Source of the DNA: the human T2T-CHM13v2.0 reference genome, Homo sapiens
Length of the DNA stretch: 64,000 nt
Strand: one strand, 5' to 3'
NCBI RefSeq assembly: GCF_009914755.1
Contig: NC_060934.1
Part shown: positions 42,843-56,705 of the stretch, piece after piece
Position numbering within the stretch: position 1 is the first letter of the stretch
How the letters are laid out: every line of letters begins with the position of its first letter
Translations under genes and position numbers: made by a program
Notes under the pieces: generated by a model
What the model was told of the DNA's origin: nothing
What the model saw: only the letters and a program-made list of their open reading frames with translations
Database searches by the model: none

Positions 42843-43210
42843 TTGAGAAAGGTAATTATTAGAGTTATTTTTTCTTGGATACAAACCTATGGATTCTCAA
42901 ATTCTTTTAAAAATAAAAAAGCCATTTTATCGTAAGTTTGAAAACTGAGGTATCAGGATTTTCATGTGACTAAAAAAGTGTCTACTCTCATTTTCTATTA
43001 TCAATCGGGTACCCAATCTGGTCAGATAGTGATTTGTCCTAGAGAGGTCTAGAAAGGAAAACACGGTTTTAATTAAGATTGGTAGAAACTAGAACAATAG
43101 TTTTCAGTCTAAATTAAATTTTGGTCGTCATACATACATTTGGATAACCTAGAGTGATTTCTTTCTTGCTTCCTACTAGTCATACTATAATAAAAAGACA
43201 AGCACCTTTT

Positions 43211-43525
43211 TGTTTTGTTTTGTTTTTGTTTTAAGAGACAGGGTCTTGCTCACTCTGTCACCCCGGCTGGAGTGCAATAGCACGATCATAACTCACTGTA
43301 ACTTTAAACTCCTGGGCTCAAGTGATGATCCTCCCACCTCAGCCTCCTGATTAGCTGGAACTACAGGTACATGCTGCCACATCCAGCCAATTTTTTGAAT
43401 TTTTTGTAGAGATAGGAGTCTCATTGTGTTGCCCAGGTTGGTCTAGAACTCCCAGCCTGAAGTGATCCTCCTGCCTCAGCCTCCCAAAGCACTGGGATTA
43501 TAGGCATGAGCCACCATGCCCAACC
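43211..43525 (-). mobile_element. AluJ
   Basis: gatcataactcactgtaactttaaactcctgggctcaag; TSD acaagYacctttt at 43198-43210/43527-43539. Confidence 0.92.
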
Positions 43526-45479
43526 CACAAGTACCTTTTCAAAGAAGGCTTTGTAGATAATAACCTATAAAATATAAATTTCTTGTGATTTTTTGCATAC
43601 CCAAAACATGTAAATAAAAGTTATAATGAAGCATTTTCCTATCTTGACAATAGAGAAAAATAAAACAGATAATAGATATCTACGCCTGCCTGTTTGGACA
43701 CCTAGTCACTTCTCAATGTTTGCCATTTATTTTGCATATAACCTGAATATTTTACAAATGTGGCTGTGAGGTAGGAAACAGACCATTTTCTTCTTTCTGG
43801 TTTATAGATAATGGCTGTTTTTTTAAAAATGATACTAATTTTCTCAATGTTAATACTTATTCAACAGAGTGAATAAATATTACTCTTTCTAATAAAGCAT
43901 ATATTCAGTACACATTTCCAGTCATTTTGGAAGACTTTGCCGAATGGGGAGATGAAGAGGACGTTTTAATAACGGGATATACTATTTTATACCATTCAAT
44001 ATACTATTTAATAATAGTCTTTTAGTTGCTGAAAAAAAAGTTGGTCTTTTTAAAAAGTTACAATTGTGCATCTTTCGTGAAGGTTAACATTTTTCTTTTG
44101 CTGCGTTTGTCTTTTCACACTTTGGCTCCTAGAATTTTTATCCTATTGGAAGAATATGTAAAGAATATGTTTCGTTTCCCCCCACTTCTTATGTTGGTAT
44201 GGCTATCTTTACAAAATTATTTATACAAAGATGTCTAAAAACACTGAGGTACTTCCTATGCTGTATTTCTTATGCCTTTCACCTTCTCCCCTCTCTGTAG
44301 AGCTCATTCTCTCTCGGCCTCTTTTTTTCTCTTCTCCTTCTGCCTTTTGCTCTTTTTGTATCCCCTCTTTTGCAGACTCTTCACTGCCTAACTTTAAATT
44401 GATTAGAATGCATTAATTTTTAAATAAGTGTCACATATCCTTAACTGAGCACTAAAAGGTTGAGAAGGCTTCATGGTGTAGAGTCTGATCCAAAACTAAG
44501 TGAGAAGAATTTTAAAAACAAGGGCTGCCCTTCATTAGCCCTCATGCTATCTCCTGACAGGCTCAGTGCACTTCGTTGCCATGCCAGGCCAGGGCAAGCC
44601 CTGCTGCCGTGCACCATTTACCCTCTGTCAGCAGCTTCAGTCGGAGCTTGGGCGATACTGTACATGCGAGTCTGTCATGCGTCAGCCTCAATTAAGCTCA
44701 TATTGCTGTGCTTGGGAAACACATCAGCCTCCTGTTAACCATTTTTTTGTTCTTGCTGTTCCTTTTTTTTCGTCCATTTTTCCCATTCAGCAGTCTCTAG
44801 AAATCCATGTTTCATATGGTGAAAATATGTTCATATTTTTTTCAATTTTTTACAAAGAGAAGTGGGTTTTAGAGGAAGTAATGCACATAGGTTCCAGTAA
44901 GTTGATTGTACTCATGGAAATGTGCTCAGTTAACCCCTGAGTTCGTTAGTTAAAGAAGGGAATTACAGGTAACCCTCATTTGTACCTGTGCCATGCGTGG
45001 TCTTGAGTCTTAAGAAGCAATTTTTCTTTAGGCCTTGTGAGGGTACAAGAGCATCAGGCATCTGGCATTATCAAATGTTGAAGTACTTCTTCACAACGTG
45101 TTGTTTACTCATGCCCTTGTCACCTAAGGTGGCGCTTTTATTTTTTTAAGAATAGAATGAGACCTTACTACACTTGAGGGGGAGAAAGTGTAGACAGCAG
45201 CGGTTAATATTTGGTTCACTCTTTTGTGGCTTACCATAAGTTTATGGGAAAAAGAAAGAGACCGCCCATGGCTTCATCATGCCTGGTGGTTGGCTCACCA
45301 ACTTAGTCTCTTATAAGAAATTATCTTTAAAAGGGGATTCTCCAAAAAAATAAAAGAAGAAGCTTTGAAGGGGGTTTGTTTTCTGTACCTAGATAACTAT
45401 ACATTATCCAAGAGAGCTCCTGTATATTTTAATGGACAGGTAGACACTGAGACAGTTGGGCATCTTGAAGGACTTGTGG

Positions 45480-45552
45480 AGATTTTATGGGCCTGGTCAG
45501 TTGTGAAGTCAGGTTAGATTTTATGGGCCTGGTGAGTTTGTGAAATCAGGTT
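45480..45552. repeat. Two-copy 36/37-bp tandem duplication
   Basis: agattttatgggcctggtcagttgtgaagtcaggtt / agattttatgggcctggtgagtttgtgaaatcaggtt. Confidence 0.9.
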
Positions 45553-46254
45553 AATCCAAGAGGCTATTGTCAGATACTGGTCACAAGGCACAGTTATGAA
45601 AGAAATTACAACACTGAAAATCTTGTGAGATCTGTGACAGCAAGGCTCTCAGCAGAAAGCAAGGTCAGTTTCACAGATGAGAATAGGGACACAAAATGTG
45701 CCGTTATTTTTTTTTCTTTTTTCATAAGCACACCACCAGCATAGGAAAGTAGCTTTTAAATAGAATCATATTGATGGATCAATCCAAGGAAAGGGATGGA
45801 GTACACAGATAATGGAATTCAGATTTCCCAAATATGTGGCAAATGGATCATTGTTGAAATTATTAGCTGAAAAAAAACCTAAAAATCCATAAGTATCTAA
45901 CATTTGTATTGGCAATGGGTTAAGGATTTCCAATAAGACTGTGGCAGTCCATGATATTGACTTTCTGGAAGATATATATTAGCATTAAATGTGAAGTTAT
46001 TGAACATCTTAAAGGAAAAATTATTTGCAAGAATAAACTGTCACAGTAGTTTAGCAAGGGCAAGGTTTTTCTGAGATACTATAGATGGAGAGATTTCCAT
46101 CTGGAAAACAGATGGCAGCAGAAAAGTGATATAAATTAGTATTTAGGAATAGTTCTTTTACATCTCAGGTCCTGATGGATATTGTCAAGGGAGTCTTCAC
46201 TTTAACTTTTTCTAGAGAACACATCTCTTTTTGTTTGGATGAGTCACAACAATG

Positions 46255-46800
46255 AAGTTGTTTATTTAACACATATTTTTGAGGCCCTATTACGTGGCAG
46301 ACACTTGTTAGGTACAGGTGAGTTGGTGGTGAACAAAATAGACCTCCCTGGCCCTCATGGGCTTTACAGCCTAATAATGGAAATAGACATTAAAATATAT
46401 AAATTTTAAGCCATATTAATTGGATTGATGGAAAGTCCAAAGGGCTGTTAAAGTGTGTAATAGGGGATCTTGATCTTCGTCTGAGGGAGTCTGGGAAACT
46501 TCCCTAAATAAATGACATTTAAAATGTGATCTGAAAGATAAGTAAGAATTAAGTAGGCAAAGGGCATGGGGAAGGGTGGGAGATGGGAATAGCCCACTAA
46601 GCAGAAGAAAGAGCCAAAGCAAAGGCCCTAGGACAGGAAGGAGTATGGCACACTGAGACAGTGAGGTGCACAGGGAGTAAGGTAGAGTGTGCTAGGAATG
46701 TGCCTAGAGGCAGAGATGAGAGCTAAATCATATTTAGCCTCTTCATGGGCCATATTTGGATTTTGCCTGTATCTGAGGCAGACATTTTCCACCTGCAAAA
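46255..46800 (-). mobile_element. L2a fragment
   Basis: tttatttaacacatatttttgaggccctattacgtggcagacac...gtgaacaaaatagac...gccctcatgggctttacagcctaat. Confidence 0.8.
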
Positions 46801-47199
46801 TGAGAGGATTAAGCATCAAAGTTCTCAACCTAGGAGGCTGTTGGAAATTAGTGATCTGATATTACTGGATATTAGATAAAAGTTTAAACATATTATTTAA
46901 TGCATTGAAGGATTATTAAGAAAATAAGGAAAATCCCCAAAAAGAGAAAGAGAGAAGCAGTGGGTTGAAATGAGAATAGAGAGCAGTGATTTATAAGTGT
47001 ACAAGAAAGCCCAAGATGTTCAGGGACCAAATTTAACCACCAGCACTGCAATCAGGAATCTAAAATGCAGGAGTACATGCACATTTGCATATATGCCCAC
47101 ATATATATTTGTACACACATGTACATGTGCACACACTCACACACAATGGGATAGCTAAATTCGAAACTCTTCTATTTAGCCAGTACACTTGAAGAGGGT

Positions 47200-48672
47200 T
47201 AAAATAGTCCTAGGTAAATCATGCCTACTGGCTTCCAGAAAAAAATAAACAAATTTTCTTCTGGAGGAAAGCATCCCTAAATTAGGCTCTCTGGATTCCT
47301 ATACATTCAGTTCAACAAAATATGAGCTTATTAAAAAGATTTACCAAACATACAAAGAAAAAAAAATGACCATAAATGAGAGTCAACTCAAACAGCAAAT
47401 AACACATTTTTACTTCACAAGGTTTTCAGATTCTGTCATTATCAATGTAGAATAAAAATAAGAATTGTATATAATATATACAGAAAACTAAAGTGGAACT
47501 TTTAAATGATCAAGCAATATAAGACTATTAAAATGGCCATAAGGAACCATACAGAACTTTTTGAAATTAAAATCTGGAGGAATGGATTTAAAAGCAGATC
47601 TGAGAAAGCTGAAGAGACAATTAGTGAATTGGAAAATATATCTGAAGAAATTTTGCAGAATGCAACAGAGAGAGAAAATAAAATGGAGCACACAAGAGAG
47701 GTGTTGAGACATGTAGGATACAAAAAGCATACCAAAAAGACATCAAATTAGACTTCCAGAATGACAAGTTAGAGGAGCAATAATTTGAAAAGATAATATC
47801 TGAGAATTTTCCAAGTCTGCCAAAAGACATAAATCCACAGAGACACAACACAGACCAAGCAAAATAAATACAGAGTTTCACATCTAGACACGTTATAGTG
47901 AAACTACAGAACACCAAAGCCAATGAGAAATAAAAGCAGTCAGAGATAAAAGACACATCACCTATAAACAGATGGCAAATTAGATTGAAAGTAGGCATCT
48001 CAACAAGAATTGAAGCCACAAGACAGTAAATAGTATTCCAAGTTTTAAGGGAAAATAACTGCCACCCTAGAATTGTCTTCTCAACATTGTGTCTTTCAAT
48101 AACAAGAGCAAGACAACATTTTTAGATAAATAAAAACTAGGAGATTGCCATCTGTAGATTTTTACTAAAGGGGTTTTTTAAAAGAAGTACTTCAGAATGG
48201 AGGAAAATGACTCCAGAAGGAAGATAGAAGATATAAAAATGAAAACTGAATGAGAAATTACTAAATCTAAAAAAATTATAAGATTTACATTTAAATTTAG
48301 ATTAAAAATAATAATAACAATATCTAATTTGGAAGGAGAGTTCATTTTAAATAAAAGAACTAACTCCTTCTGACTATTTTGCTTTGTTATTGGAAGTTAG
48401 GAGGTGAGTGATCAGAGTTCAAGTATTCTAAGGGCCTTGTATTTTCAGGACAGGTGTAAAAATATTCATAAACTTTGGACTTTGTTGCATATGCATGGTA
48501 AAATTTCAAATATTCTTATTTAAAGAATAAAAATAAGACTAAAAACAAAAAACTTTACAAAAATCACTTGTATTTCTATTTAAAAGCCAAAAAAAGGAAA
48601 CAAATTAAAGGTGCCATTTACAACTACAAAGTAGAAGATGCCTGGGAATGAATATAATAAAAGATATACAAA
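47200..48672 (+). mobile_element. Ancient L1ME/L1M fragment: ORF1 region, inter-ORF and a short ORF2 piece
   Basis: ORF1p coiled-coil remnant RNGFKSRSEKAEETISELENISEEILQN (ORF 47506-47751); catctagacacgttatagtgaaact; ORF2-like gccatttacaactac...cctgggaatgaatataataaaagatatacaa. Confidence 0.75.
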
Positions 48673-48674
48673 GT

Positions 48675-49160
<486 letters not shown>

Positions 49161-49286
49161 ACCTCATCAACATCATCATCATCATCATCCTTAGGTGCAA
49201 AGCTAAAAGGCATGAGAGAAGTAACGACCCCAGCATTCCAAGATCTTAGAGCCTGATAGGTTGGGATAATGAAATATACAAATGAT

Positions 49287-49291
<5 letters not shown>

Positions 49292-49352
<61 letters not shown>
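49292..49352. repeat. Compound (TA)15(GA)15 microsatellite
   Basis: Perfect TA run 49292-49321 directly followed by GA run 49322-49352, within L2-like sequence. Confidence 0.95.
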
Positions 49353-49354
<2 letters not shown>

Positions 49355-50140
49355 AATGTCAAAAGGTAATATCAACGGGCTGTTAAGAAGGAGCAATAAT
49401 GTTTGGCCTAGGGGAAGGAGGAAGGGTTGTCAGAAGAGACTTTGTGAGGTAGATGACTTTTGAGCCTGACCTTAAAATATTGGTATAGTTAGAACATGCA
49501 TACCATAGATAGGGAGGACATTAGGCCAAAGTGTTGCTATATATACATTTTGGCGTCTGCCTCCATTAGGCAGATATCTAATTATTGAATATTATTAGGA
49601 CATCCAAGGTGAACAGCAGGGAGATGCAAAAACACAATGGTTGATTAAGGGGTAGTTCAGCTTGACTGGCTAAGAGGAGGTGAGGTTGGAAGGATAGGGT
49701 AGAGGAAATACATTGAAATTACAGAAGTGAGTTTTGTTCACACAGCCTATCATGACAATCAACCAATTATTAATTAGCTGTCAGATAACAAGATGATGTC
49801 TGGGAGAATCTCCAACAAAAAATAAATACATCTTCTGGAATCGTGCCTGGCACATTAGTAAACACAGTTTTTTTTTTTTTTTAAGGAACTAATATATGTT
49901 GTGCAGTGTGTTCAGAAAATTGTCATATTGGTAATGTCATGTTGAAGTAAACTAGCAGGTATTTTTTTTTCCAGCTGACTTCATGATTGAAGGGATAAGT
50001 ATATGCGTGGTCCGAGCCAATCCATTGCATTTGGAAAACAGTTATTTGGGAGAAACAGTGGAAAGGGGGCTTAATGGGAATAAAAATGTGGAAATAAGAC
50101 AGACATGATAATGAAGACAGTTCCTCTAACCCAGGTACCT

Positions 50141-50192
50141 GTAAGCACGTTCATCTGGAGGTCTGGGTAAGCACGTTCACCTGGAGGTCTGG
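50141..50192. repeat. Two-copy 26-bp tandem duplication
   Basis: gtaagcacgttcaYctggaggtctgg twice, one mismatch. Confidence 0.92.
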
Positions 50193-51034
50193 GTGGGGAA
50201 CACATCCCAGAGATGGAGAAAATGTGGGCCCTTGTGCTCAAGGATCTTACAGTCTCATTTTAGGAGCTAGACTGATACTCCAACAGCTCCTCTTTGAACT
50301 ATTTGCTGCCTCCACCTGGGAGGCCCCCAAGCGACAGGGCTGGCCTGGGGCTTCTTTAATGTTGTTTCTGCAAAATATGTAGACTATGTTTATTTCTTAT
50401 TTCCAAACCATACCTAATTTTTGCAGAACTTTCCTCTTTAATGTTTTGCCCAGATGCACACAATCGTCATTCTCCTCGTGACTAGACACAGCTGGGGGAG
50501 GAATGTCTGCTAGATGAGACTTTAATTAACTTCCTTCCTTGGAGTGAGGCTTGGGATAAAATGTACATGGATCTTTCTTGCCTTTTTCCTTGACAGTGGA
50601 ACTGATTTGCTTGCCAACAAGTACATATGTAGTGGGATCAGGAAGGGAGGATGGAAGTTAGAGGTGGAAGGGAAGGAGACACCACCTAGGGGAGGACATA
50701 ATTGAAAGGGTGTCCAGCATGGAGAACATGGCTGTCCATGTGGTTCGGGAAGGTCTCGACCCCTGGGTTGTATTTTTAACTTTGAAATTGTTCAGCAACA
50801 ATCTGGTTCTCCCAGGGCTTTTAAAACTCTCCTCTAAAGTATTTCTGGCAACAGTCTGGAAATCCTGGTGACAGGTAAAAGCACACTATGTTTTTAAGCC
50901 TGGTAAGTAACTTTGTGTAATATTAACAGTGTGTGTTGTTCCTTTCACTTAATTATTATTGGACTTTAGTAGAATTTGCATCTTATTGTTGGACCGTAAA
51001 TCTCTTTGGGGTATTATTGTTACTGATCATTGAA

Positions 51035-51270
51035 GCTATTTGATCCAACAAGCATTTATTCTTTATTTATGTGCAATACATTGTACTAGGCACTGTGGAT
51101 CTATGAAGAGGAAAGACACACTGCCTGCTCTGGAGGGATGTACACAGTTTAGCGGAAAGAATGGCTCTGGGAAAGGCTTGCTTATGAGTCTGACAGCTAC
51201 AACAGAGGTGGAAACTACTTATAGGCCTATAAGAGAGGAAGAAACAGATTCAAGTGGGGAGAACTGGTAG
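51035..51270 (-). mobile_element. L2 3' fragment
   Basis: atccaacaagcatttatt...atgtgcaatacattgtactaggcactgtggat...cctgctctggagggatgtacacagtttag. Confidence 0.7.
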
Positions 51271-51312
51271 GACTTGTGGCGGGGGCCAGTTTTTAACTAG
51301 AAATTTTGAACT

Positions 51313-51668
<356 letters not shown>

Positions 51669-52214
51669 TTAGCAAAAGTGAGTGTCCAGAGGCATGAAGT
51701 GCCTTAGAATTGGTGTTAGGTGAGCAATGCGGCATTCCAGACCGGGACTATTGGCAGAGCCTTTGATTATAGGCTAGGACTTGATTTTACATAGGGCATT
51801 TTGGATTTTCTCTGTTCTATAGATGGAGAATTCCATCCATATGAAATCTGTTGAAAAATTGCCTGTTCTTTTCCATCTTCTTGTTTTGGTAGTTTTCAAT
51901 AATTGCCATCTGTTCCAATATTAACTTGTAAACTCTAAGCAGATAGCTACATGTAAGGACTTACAGCGTTGTTTCCTAAAGTGTGTTTCGCTGCAGAAGG
52001 AGGCGTTCCACCAAAAGATGACTTCATGGCCAAGTGTCTGTGTGCAAGGCTGCGTACTGCACTCCTGTCTTGTAGAGATTACACATTAGCATATTAATGG
52101 TTCTAAGAAGTAACATTCCTTTTTTACTTTTTATACCAAAGAGTTTCTCAATGTATTTGGTCACAGACCCTGTACATCTTATCATCCCACGAAACAAGAT
52201 GGGGGGAAATGTTG

Positions 52215-52430
52215 GACTTAGGTACACTTCATAGTTTTTATATATGCTTTATGTAAGTTTTTCATAGTCCCCATACCATCCTTATCAGGTACACATTATT
52301 GTCCCCATTACTCAAATGAGAACTTAAGGTTAAGTGACTCTTCCAAGTTCACAAGCCAAGAAAAGAGCAAAAATTTGTACCTAAATTCTCCTAATCTGGG
52401 AACCATTCCACCACACTGTACTACCTCTTA
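52215..52430 (-). mobile_element. MIR
   Basis: attattgtccccattactcaaatgagaacttaaggttaagtgactcttccaagttcaca. Confidence 0.72.
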
Positions 52431-55204
52431 GATTCATGTGTATCATTTCAGTGAGCACCAGCGTGTCCCATCCTTCTCTGGACCCTGTCTCTAGAAGTCC
52501 TTTATAAATGTACTTCTACCTTGGCTTTTCCAGTCATAGCATGTAGCACGAAATCCTTAATTGTCCACTGTGTAACACCTTTCATGACATGTGCTGTTCC
52601 ATGTGGCACTGACTACTCCAGAGTCCCTGGGAACATTATGCTTTTTTTGCACACTCGTCTCCATTTTCCACGCTATACGCTCCTTATATGCAAGGTACTC
52701 TTAGTAGTTGCAGCATCTGTCCACCGTCCTTGGCTCCGTAGTATCACCGGGTGCTTCTTTACTAAATGAGAGTATTCCTCAGTTGTGGGAGTCGAGAGAG
52801 AGAAGAAGGAGACAGAGAGAGAGAGAGAGTTGGGGTGCTTATTTTAACTCTGGTTCTAATCATGCTGCAGGGTCAGCTTGCCAAGAAACACTTAAGGCTC
52901 TGTTTTCTGTATGTAGGCAGGTAATCCTCTGATAGAGAAACATAGAGTTATCCCATCAAAATGTGAGCACAGAAATGTATCAACAACATGCCATAAGCCA
53001 GTCGATATACCTAAAAGCCAAACTGCAAACCGGTCCCTGTGCCCCTGAAAGGGGTGTCAGAATATAGTTGTTTTTGCAGGTTTTAACATTAATTGGCACT
53101 AGACACACCCAGCTGAAGCAAGGTCTGTCGCTGGTTTTGAGCTTCCTCTGCCTTTTACTGATGCTAAAATGTTTAACTTTGGCTTTGGTAGATTTTAATG
53201 CAGACCAAGAGTGCTATTTTTATGTATAAAATTTTATATTTATAAAACAAAAAGTACCTAAAAAAAAAAAAAAAGAAGAGGTGTAATGGGATTGGGTAGA
53301 AGAGCCAGGACTAGAAAGAGTCACATACGTATTTCTTTATAATGGATTAAGGGAAAACCAGGAAATAAGTGCAGACTGGCCATGTTTCAAAAGAAAATAA
53401 GATTTGAAAGATAAAAATCATCAATTCCTATAATTTAGATTTTTACCCAGAGTCAGTGTGTTCATATAATCTCCTTTATTCTTTTAAGCATTTGGTGTAG
53501 CAAACTTCTTTCAAACATCTTGAAAATTTTTTGTCCAAATAGCTATACTTTCCAGTATTGGTTTAAAAATGCGAATTTAAAAATCTGAAGTACAAGTTAG
53601 GAAGTAGATTGGTAGAAAGTTGAAGCTATGTAAATAAGAATAGGCTGTTACTTAAGTTTTCAAAATTCCAATTATGAGTATTCCAGTGCATTTAGACAAG
53701 CTGGGTTTGTTATTTTTGGAGTTAGTAAGCAATTTCACAATGTGCTATATATCACTTTTAAAGACATGATAAATTGTCCCTAATGGTATTGTGTGTATAA
53801 ACTAGAGCTGTTTCTGCCTTGTGTATAATGCTCAGGATTGGGTGGTACACCTGAAAAGGCTCGGATTTTAATGGGGCCTTTTTAGCACTTTTGCACCTCG
53901 TATGTTCAGGATTATGTTTGATTGATGACTTTAAATGTGCTGGCATGAGAGATATGTAGATCTTAATGCTCTTAAACCATTTGTTTTCCAATCTCTATAA
54001 AAGGCCCCTCTGTTTTGGGGTAACACTTTATCCTTCTTAAGTAAACAGAAATAGGTTTCTGGGATTTTGCTTTTTAACATTGTAAATCCAGCAGGAAAGA
54101 GACAGGCTAGAGGCTTTTAAGAGAAGGCTGAAAACACCATGTTCCCATTTTATTAGAGTAGCCCCAAAAAGTCAGGGCATGTGTGTATGTATATATACGT
54201 AGATATATTTTTCTTTCTTCTAAACAGTATTAAAATAACCTTTTTTTTTTTTTTTTGCCAGAACTCTCTGAATCTTTTCTTTCCTTTGGACCACTTGATA
54301 TCTCAGCCATTATCCTCAGCCTGCTGGCTGAGAACTCTCTTTGGATCCCGTCACGATCCGAAACAGCTACAGGGTTGGCTACTGTGTGGCCAGGGGCACA
54401 TTCTCCCCAACAGGTCTTAGAACAAGAGATTGGGGCTATAATCGAATCCTGCTTCCCAAAAGGCACTGGGACTTACTACCCAAGCCTGGAGGTGTTTTAT
54501 AATCCATTCCTATAGGATTCCTCTGACTTGGACAAAATCTTCAGTGCTTCAGGAGGGGCTAGAAAAAAATACTGCGAGGGTTTCCAGCTTCTGATTAACA
54601 ACCTCGGCACTGTGCAGGGAAAGGGGGAAAATTGCCTCTGCTAAAGGAACAGATTGTTTTAAGATTTTAAGAACTGATTATAAACAGGTTACTTAGGGAG
54701 GAGAGAACTGCACTGGTCAGAAGCAGCCTCTGCTGCCAAGCTGTGAAACCTATTGTAGCAGCAGATCTATTTGCAAGGGCCTTCAGCCTCGGCTCCCAGT
54801 TGTCCATCATCTTTCAAGAAAAGAGACCAGCATGGGACTGACAAACACATTTTCACTTCCGTCTAAGATATGAACTTAGGGGCTCAGGAGTTGAAAGACT
54901 AGTGCATTTACCCATATTTATAATATGTTGCTAATTAGCAGTCACTGTCCTTGTGATCTTTTTCTTTGTCGTCCTCTAGAGGCATCCCATTTCTTTCATT
55001 TCCTTTCTTTCCATCATCAGCAATACTAAATGGAATATGGATTATTCTGGCAGCAGGGCAGTTTGAGCCCCATGATTAGTCTAGAATGAAATGTGAAGGG
55101 GGAAAAAAAAGTATGAAATGAGCCATTGTGTCTCCTTGTTCTCAAGATGTTATTTTGAAATCTTTGTGGTAGTGATGTATTTGCTAGTGGTTCCTATTAC
55201 CTAG

Positions 55205-55392
55205 AGACTTCTAGGATACCTGGGAGGGCTTTTTAATATACATTTTCATTTTTTATGTCTTATTTTTAAAATGGTTCTTATTAGGATAAATGATTATAAG
55301 ACTCCTAGGATACCTGGGAAGGTTTTTTAATATACATTTTCATTTTTATGTTTTTTTTAAAAAAAGTTCTTATTAGGATAAATGCTTATAAG
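55205..55392. repeat. Two-copy about 94-bp tandem duplication
   Basis: agactYctaggatacctggga...ttaatatacattttcatttt...ttcttattaggataaatg.ttataag repeated at 55205 and 55299. Confidence 0.92.
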
Positions 55393-55618
55393 TGAAATAC
55401 GAGTATAACAGAAAGATAAAAATCGAAGACACGTAGGGTACTTAAAATGGCTCAAACCTCATAACCTTTTATCAGCAGTTTGCTGCTGTTGTTGTTATTG
55501 CTGTTTTAAGTCTGTGAATCAGCAGTTTGGCAGTTTCCGATATGTTTTCTGCCAAATAATCACAAGATTATTCTTCACTTGAATAATTGGAATTGTTTAT
55601 TGTAATGGGTAGATTAAG

Positions 55619-55952
<334 letters not shown>

Positions 55953-56100
55953 TTAACTTGGGGGGTAACCTTTGTGGCTACGCCTATGTTTGTGTGTTTA
56001 TGTGTTTGAGTGTAAAAGACTGCTGAAAGCACAGCAGCAGCCATTACATATGGAAGCACGATTATCAGAAGCATCAGGTATATGCAAAGGAAGAGCTAGT

Positions 56101-56705
<605 letters not shown>

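Noticed and set aside
45118-45137. CTCF-like aaggtggcgct
   Set aside because: Only the 3' half matches; the 5' CCAC/CCGC core is out of register
47506-47751. Coiled-coil-like 81-aa ORF
   Set aside because: Decayed L1 ORF1p remnant
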